A stretch of DNA of 64,000 bases from Botryllus schlosseri (Eukaryota): NCBI GenBank assembly GCA_051294905.1, contig CM119375.1:3782001-3846000 (forward strand). Reading direction: 5' to 3'. Each line of letters opens with the position of its first letter. Positions within the stretch are counted from its first letter, which is position 1. The notes beneath the pieces are model-generated. The model ran no database searches and had not been told where the DNA came from. It saw only the letters and a program-made list of their open reading frames with translations. Positions 52,501-61,500 of the stretch are shown here, one piece after another. The position numbers and the translations under genes were made by a program.

Positions 52501-55500
52501 ACAATACGATTTCAGATCACGATGCTGCATCGTTACTTCGTCTGGCTAACTAACCAGACCACTGGATATTATATAACGTCTTATCTGACAAAGCACGGTT
52601 TTGTTTTTACTCCTCATCCTAATCCTACGTCCCTCGATAAAAATTTTATTATTTCTTTAATTATATACTATATACGCAAATCCAACACGTGCATACATTA
52701 TAATAATTTTTCAACGACATACTGCACCCTATCCTTAATCCTAACCCATAGGAAATTAGGTAAATAACATTTTACATTTCCAATTACGTGAGCCATAATT
52801 ACCGAGCACACAAAACACGCTTATATTACGTCACAATGACATCTTACATAGCATACTATGTACGCACATAAACGCATTTATTACTACACAATCTGAACTA
52901 GACTTGAATTGTTGTTAAATACGACGCTACAGTTGTCAAGGAGCACGGTTGAATTTATGATTATTCAATTACACGTTCAACAGCAGCAATTGTAATTGTA
53001 ATGTAATTGAAGCATGCAATGCGTAATTGTAATTGTAATTTGATATTTCTAGCATGGAGTAATTGTAATTGTAATGTAATTGAAACATGCATGAAAGTAA
53101 TTGTAATTGTAATTGTAATTGAACTGAAATAATGTAATTGATCCAACTCTGCTGTGAAATAGCCGAAAATCAACAGGGCAGTAATGAATTATTCCCAAGT
53201 TGTTGTCATATGCAGCTCTAGCTATGTTCTACGTGTCACTGTTAGGTCCCAAGGATTTTTTATGTTGCGTAGGCTACACAGCTCCATTGCTTATAGGCCA
53301 GTGACTATTCGCAAAACTATTGATATATATATAGCATATTTACATATTTTATGGATATCATATTCATTCTAGTCATAACCAACATCATCTTACTTCCTTC
53401 TCCCAGTATATTTCAGGCTTCGGAATTCCTTTTATCTTTGCCCGGAAGGAATGCGATTCGCCCAATTTGGCGACTCCAGCCTCGGGCCTGGTCACAAACT
53501 CTGGGGCTATTCCTATCAGAGTAATAGATCCGTGAGATGCTATCTACGATTATATTGACCGTTTCGCGTGCTCGTTGCTCACCCATGCATACAGTATCGC
53601 ACATGCTGAAGAACATCAACTGTAGTTAGCTATGTAGCCAAGGGTGCAACAAACGGCCCATGGCTCATACATGCAGGATTATCTGACAAACTGACTCGAA
53701 CTGGTAACTTGAATAACTATACTTGCGACCCTAATGGATTCTGGCGAGTTTGTTTAAAAAGCAGGCTAGCTAACGACATATCTACTGCCATCTCACCCCG
53801 ATTCTGTGCTTCACCAGATTCTCAGGTCTCAATATTCCGTATATTTTATAGGGTTATCTATGACTTGTTTTGAAAATTGAATTGGATTGACGACCGCGGC
53901 TACTTCGACGAGATTAGTCCCAAGGAACGGAATAAAAATACATCAGATGTTCAATATATGTTGATAATGCACGCCCGCAGAGAGTGTATATTTAACTCAA
54001 TATCGCCAAACACGTCTCTTTAGTATGACTAGATCGAATCCGAGTAACAATTCTGCCACAATTCACGGCGAATAGCTCACTTTTCCTCACCACTCTAATA
54101 TAACCTAAATATCCAAACGTATTTTAAGATCCCGCTGAAACATCAAACCAATGTATCCAATATCCATGGATTAAAATTCTTTCATTCTGGTACAGCAGCC
54201 TACCCCGCATCCCGTTTATTCCGCGGTAGTTCTTTGTGATTGCCAATCAAACATTCAGTCATACAGCTGAAGCAAATGCAGCATCATATCATGATGTCAC
54301 AATAGTGGTAATCAAAGTAGTCATCCACATTCGAGTGCGAGTCAAAATGTCCGTAACATTGAAATTGCAAGATGATATAGGTTTTCTTGCAAACAAGCAT
54401 CAAATTTAGTCTTTATCATGCACATGAAACACGAAATACAGAATAATATTTTATCGTTAAGTTGTAAATCCTAGCCGACTACATGTAACTTGTCGCATAA
54501 AAACATGCAAAAAAAACACAAGAAGCCGCTCAAACAAAATGCTAAAGAAAAAGTGAAATAAATTCAGATACATAAGATTATTATGGCAACAATTGAGCTA
54601 CTTACAAATACCGAAATCAATAATACGGATTCTGAAGACTTGCTTCGGAACTGACACAATGACCGAAACTGTCGTGTTACAAATTATATTCCAAAGCCTT
54701 GTCGGCGATGGTGAGCTCAATCAATATCGAATTTTTCTGTATTGAGGCCTCCATTATCGGGAAATGGACATTATTTAACTAAGGTTAGTGTTATTTAGTT
54801 CTCGCGACCCTGGTATCAAGAAGTAGGATATATTTCTACGCTATCAAGTCGGTCAATAACACAGTCAATGACAATAAACATGCGTGACGGAAAGCAACAA
54901 TAAGCAACATTGCATCTTCACGGCAGGCACGACCGACCTTCAACGGTAAGGTAAGCGGAGCAGGTTGCCACTCCTTTTTTATTCTTCGCCATCACGGAAT
55001 ACTCTCCAGAGTCGCTTAAAATTAAACGGGGGTTTCAGAGCTATTAGCAGAATGCATAACTGTTCCACGTACACACGGATTTTCATTAAAGGACATAAAT
55101 GCACTAGGTGAGAATAGCTGTATCAGCATACAGTTGGCTATATAATGAATTTCGTCGACTTCGATAACCCTAGTCATTCAACAAGCGAAGATGCCTGTAT
55201 GCTGCTTTATACTCATTCTTACCTGAGTGCAATCTCGGGAAATTCAACGAATGGAGATCTTTCGTCGATATTGACGAGAGACGATGGTAGCAGAGGATTA
55301 CCGTCCTTAGACCAGGTAATCTGGATCGGAGACGATCCGGTCAGCTGACAGTGCAACCGAACCTATGAAAAAGGAATGAAGGCCAATGGAGATTGTTCAA
55401 CTGCACTTTGTAATCAGTATATCATATTTTGCGTAGTTATGTAGTCATGGCTAAATTCTGCAATATATAAGACAACAGAAATGAAAAGCCGTCTACAGAT

Positions 55501-58500
55501 TAGTACAGACCTGGGCAAAGTGCGGCCCGCGAAGCTATTCCGTGCGGCCCGTGAAAGGTTGCTTGGAATTTAAAACTTAAAACTTGCTTTTTGAATGACT
55601 AAAACCATAGGCTGTATCAAATGAACAGGAAATTCGTTTACTTTGAAGCCCGTTCATTAATATGCCACGATTTCGCTGCCTTCGTACCTGACATGCGTAA
55701 TCTAGATTTAAAATAAAGGCAATGTGGCAAAGTATGAGAAGCAATTGAAATCACAAAAAATCACTTTTCCATATAGTTTAGAGCAAACCTTATTTGTTGC
55801 CATTGTCACGTTACGCATTATGCGGTATGTGTTTCAATTTGTTACGTGATATGTTTCCAAATACCAATTCGTAATACAAGTCAATCTGAACTCGCGATAA
55901 TTATATGACTCATCATATCTATTACCCATAAAGGATAGCCTACCATGCCGAAAACTGAAATTCAAAGAAGGTATAGGTTTAGAATTTAGAGCACGAAATA
56001 TTCGTATACTGGAGTCTGGGGTGAACCAGTCCTTTCAGTTTTTGCCGAGCATGTCGCCGAGATTAAGGATTTTAATTAAAGTCGGTCTTATTACAAAAAC
56101 ACGGAACACTCGGACAAGGGAGGGCGAAGTTCAGAAAAACTGCAAGCTTCGCTAAACGTAAAGGGTATTTAAGCTGTACACTGCTCGGAAGGCAGCACAG
56201 CCAAGAAAATAAGCTTTGTACTATTGCATATACATTTCAGTGCAATGGTTCTCGAACTGAAAGCATCAGAACGGTGGCGCGAAGCCGAAGTTCATTGAAA
56301 AAAATTTTCGCGCTAGGCGCGATATACCCCCGGCTTATAGATGCTGCTCTGTGTATTGTCCTACTTTTATATTTCACAATTCTCTCATCAACAGCCAAAA
56401 TAGTCCATGCCATCAAACTATCCGTTGGTTGCACTTTTTAATATTTTGAGATATCATGATAAGGGGACGCGAAATTGTTCACTATTGTTAAGGGAGGCGT
56501 GCCTAACAAAGTTTGAGAACCACTGCTTTAGATTCTTAATAGAGGAACATGGATAGGTGTTCAAAGAGAACTAAGATTTATCATGTTTAACATTGTTTCC
56601 AAGCATGACAGCAAATAGCTATTTTTTTTAATTAACCGTCACTTTCTCATTACCTAATATCAACACATTCACTGAACAGCATTTATTAACTATGCAATTT
56701 GCAAATAAAATTAAAACACGCTGGAGAATATAACTAAAATTTTTCACTCGGCCCGCCAACGTATATATTTTTCTCATTTGGCCCGCGGAGGAAAATAATT
56801 GCCCACCCCTGGAGTAGTGTGACTAGAAAAATTTAACCTTCCCAGTTTATATTAGAACTAGAATGAAGTATATAATTAGATAACCAGCATTTCGCTCTAA
56901 TTAGTCTAATCACACAATTCGAATTATCTAATTATCTAGTTGTCCAGGTCCAATCTACAGGCCCACTGCATATTCCAGACTCCTGACTACATCGACATCT
57001 CTACATACCTTCTCTCCTGCGGTGTATTTTGAGGCTATCAATTTCTTCGTAAAATTTGGAGCTTCAACTTTGTCTTCTGAGGCATTATTTTTAAAGTAAA
57101 ATGAAGTATCGAAAAAACACAAAAAGCCACGCGTTAGTGATTACCGAAATTGATTTCGCTAAAAAGCATGCAGCCGAGCAAAGTAACGGTGACGGAAACA
57201 TACAGCAACTTAAGATGATCAGTGCGTGATTAAAAAGTGATGTATCCACTTCAGCGCGGAAGAAGGTAACGTGACTCGTGAAATGAAAGGAAATAAATAC
57301 GTTCACGATCATACAGGATACAAGAAATGGGTGAAGTGATACACCGCGACATGCATTGTTGAATATCTATTCTTTCTACTCCACTAAACTCGAGCCTCAC
57401 CGTAGCTCGGAGGGTGATTGAAATTGGAAAACCCCAGAATTTGCTCTACTCCCAATCTTGACAAGCTGAATGAAAGCAAAGCGGCTAGAAATGTGCACAA
57501 GATGAAATGCAATGCCATATCGCATAGACATTGCGACGCGTTAGTCTGCACGTTCAGCACAGCTGATGGTGAACAATACGAGGGTGATAATGAGAAGCGG
57601 TGATTAGCTCATTGGAATAGCTATCACGTTAAGTTTATTTTTTCTTATCTTTGCAACTGTGGCACAGAAAAATTCGCGCTTGAAGCTCACATTAACGCAG
57701 TATGCTGGGATCCACATTACGAGATATGTGGTTTTGTTATCCTTAGGCTACTGAATTGCAAGTAACGTCGACTAAAGCTGTTGCAAATATAGTGCTAATA
57801 CTCTTACAGACGGATTATCCCTACATCAAGGCAGGACCGTAGTTCCCAATCTACCATTAGCAAAGCCCTGTAATTGTTCCATACCTATTTCTAAGATATT
57901 AACTTGCGCGCTGATGCCTAATAAAATAATGCTAATAAAGCATTTGACTGCGTTTCATAATTAATAACCGTGTTGTGCTACTTCACATTTCCCGACGCTT
58001 TCGACGTGACAAACATACATGCAAAATTGCCCGACTTACACCTACGTTATAGTGTCCTATACACCACTCGTTACATTGCTAGATATCGTGTAAACAGCCG
58101 GAAAAGACTTCCTGCTCTGAGTGTCTAAAATATCAACTAAACCAGTGCAAGTGCCGCCATAGCATCGACATGTTCGTGGCATTCCAAAGGTCGTGCTTGT
58201 GAACCGCACCTTCGCCAGTTTCATAGTCATTCTTTTCACCCAGGTCTTTAGAATTAACCGCCTTATTCTTCCTCGATATCTCCAGCGTTTGTGACATTTG
58301 ATCCTTATAAGTCCGACGTTGATATGATTCAAATGAAGTAGGCTCGTGTCCTGGCGGCCTGGCCACGTCTGGCCTTACGATCAGTTTGGCCGTGCACTTG
58401 ACACTGCCGTAGATATTTTCGGCAATACACGAGTACACACCGCTATGCTGTCGATAGGCATCACTGATTAGCAGACAGCCTGCTTCATCATCATCAATGA

Positions 58501-61500
58501 TGCCTATGTTTGGAGTTTCAACGCTCCTTGTTATCTCAATACCGTTTCTCTGCCACGTTATGGCGGTCGGGTTAGTAGTTTCGATGATGTAAACAAAGTA
58601 CGCGGTTTCTCCTTCAGTGATAAAGCAATCGCATACTGGTTTCATGAATCTGGGTGGCGCTGCGTGTTCCGGAGCTTGGCTGGATTTGGTAACTACAGTT
58701 TGCGTTTCGTTAGATACTTTATGCCTGATTTCTGATTCCTTGCGCAATTGCTCCCTGATATCCATCTCTTCTCTTATCAGTCGACGAACTTCTTCCGTCC
58801 AGTCGTATTCCTTGCCTACGACTACATGTTTCAGGCTGATTGTGGACGACGCTTCGCTGCATACGTCACTGCTGTCGCTGCCGCCAATAGGGTACTCTCG
58901 AAGAAGGTTATCTTCGCTGAAGTGCACAAACTTTTGGTTGTGATGTCTGTTTGAAGATGATGCATACGTAGCTGAATTTATATGACCAACATTGCCACCG
59001 TGTTGCTGAATTTGGACGGTGTCCATTGAATCAATCTCATCGCTGTCCAACATCATCAACGGGATGGTTTTGATTGAAGTTTTACTATTTCTATTCCCCT
59101 CGTGCGTGTGATGTAGCGGTGGGGAATAGCAGCCACCTTTTGTGGTCATAGTGGGGTGAGAAAGAAGGACATCTTTTCCATAACTTGTCGGAACGCTGGT
59201 TACCGTGTTCATACTTTCGAGTAGCGACAAGCCGGCGGAGAGCATGGTAAGGCTTGTAGCTGTCTTCTGCTCCATCTTTCGGAGATAACCTGAGACAGTT
59301 GTATTACGTCAACGAAAACCACAAATCCTTCAACCGAAAAGCGGAATTCACATGTAAAGGAAATAGAATAGACACTCGGCGGTTAATAATGAGTAAACCC
59401 AGTACATCTCAAACATACACGCCATTACTTACGCCTATATTGCTAGATCGAAATAAGCAGTACATAAGTATTAACGCCTTCGTGACACAGAACGTGTACA
59501 TATTTTATTCATTGTTCCCGCCAACCTAATGCATCGTCGAACAAGTCCGGCATATTTACGCGCATGTAAACGCTCGTTCTCGGTGCTGCAATTTTTATCT
59601 TGGAGTTACATAGGCCTACTCTTTAGACCAGCGTTTGTCAAGATATCTTGTCAAGTTTCATCTTCACCACCTGCGCCAATCACGCGAAGGCGCATAATTT
59701 TCGTAGCAACCCCGGCAGAGCTCCAAGCTTTACAGATGTACACTCCCTCATCACTAGCGATAATTTCGTCGATTCGCAACACGCAACGTATATCTAAATC
59801 TGACGGGAAGAGCGATGACTTGGAACAGTCGAAAGGAATCTTCCACGATGACGGCAAATCATTCTCCTCAGTTGGCAAATGCTGATGGCTGATTCTTCCG
59901 AATATTTCCAATAAAACCCCGTCCTTGTACCAAGCAATTTTGGCAGGCGGATGGGATATCACGCTGCATTTTAGCGTGGCAGTTTTTCCTTCGCGTGCCG
60001 TTACCTCGTCCTTCTTCGAGCCTATAAATTTAGGGGGAATTATTACTTGGAAGGTAGGGGGTGTGCAATAACCTCCACTGTGGCTTATAGTTTGCTTGCT
60101 GTCGGAAGAGTAATCTTTCGAGCCTGTTGTGTCGTAGGCAGTAGTAGTTCTGCTTGAGTCGCAATCAGAAAAAGAGTCATGCGAGCAGCATCCAACAGGA
60201 GTCGCAAAATTAATGTCGCCATCTGGAGTATTAAATTCTAAATCGGACAGCAACGCACCGGATGAGCAAGACAAATATTCGATTGTGACGTCAGATATAG
60301 TAATCATTGATTCGTCGTCAAATGTATCGTTTCCATCGAGATAGCTCGTAGAATTTGAACTATTCTCTATATCAGTATCTTTACGTTCAAATATGCACGT
60401 ATCGTTGCAGTAGTCCGTGTCTAAAATGATAGCTTTTTTCTCGTCGACCGCGTGATCTGAACCGTCGCTAGCATCATCAAACGGTGTACCGGTAGAAGAC
60501 TCTAAAGAATACTGCCGATGGATTATTTTCAAGCTTGCGCCCACACTGTCGCACCTAGCCGGATGCGAACGTGGTTGATTTGCGGAGAGAGGTAAAATTC
60601 CTATATCCATTCCTAATCTCTCCGACAATTTCGAAGTGACACAGTCGCTATCGCTAAAAGACGAGTTTCTAGTCAAATGCCTGGTCTCGGTACTGGAAAA
60701 ATATTCAGACTCAAGGCTCGAGTTTCGGCTAATGGTTCCACGTTTGAATACCAAAGGTCTGCCCAAACTTTGTCTGTGCGTTATTTCGTCGTCCTCGCTC
60801 TTTTTCGGGGTGCCTCGAACGCCTTCCATTTCGCCCATCATGATGGCTTTTTCCAGAGCTTCAAACGATGCCAATGAATCCGCAGAGTCGACGGCATCAG
60901 AATCATTGCTTCGCAAAATTCTTATGTTCAATGGATTAGGGTCCATACTAGCTTGAATTGTGGTTGAACTTTCATACTCAAATTCATCAACTTCCAAAAT
61001 TGGTGATAATTCTTTGGGAGTAGGGGTCTCAAAGCGGTCTTCAAACTCGCAGGGCGACTCGGCACTTACAACAGGCAGTTCCATTGGTTGTGTGGGATCT
61101 TCGTCCGACAGCTGCCTATCCTCTAAAATAGAAGGTAACATCTGATCATTAGAACTCGCTTCGCTTAGGCATGATTTAGTCTCGTTTTGAGAAGCTGGTG
61201 TAATATTGTCGTATTTGAGTTTTAACTGCTCTCTTGGTATTTGTTGATTGCAAATTTGTCCTTCATCTACAGATTTGGATGTGATAGCCCCAGTTGAAAT
61301 AAGGTGATCTGTGGTGCCGATAAGGAGTGACTCTTGCATATTTTTCTTGTTCTCAACGACTGGGTGCGGTGTCGGAGATAGACAAACGTCTTCAGCTATA
61401 TCACGCAATTCGCAACCGTCTGTGGAGTCACAATCATCACTTAGTTCTACGCTAATTGATTTTGTGATCGCATTATTCAGAGCGGCACTGTAATTTGATC

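Noticed and set aside
53413-54000. Apparent plus-strand pseudogene and minus ORF 53413..53619
   Set aside because: 53394-53512 is a titin Ig exon in another frame; the remainder has no recognisable homology.
56237-56434. Peptide LAVDERIVKYKSRT resembling a piggyBac transposase catalytic motif
   Set aside because: Only about 14 residues, inside a 283-bp hAT MITE, with no flanking transposase sequence or TTAA-bounded ends; chance cannot be excluded.
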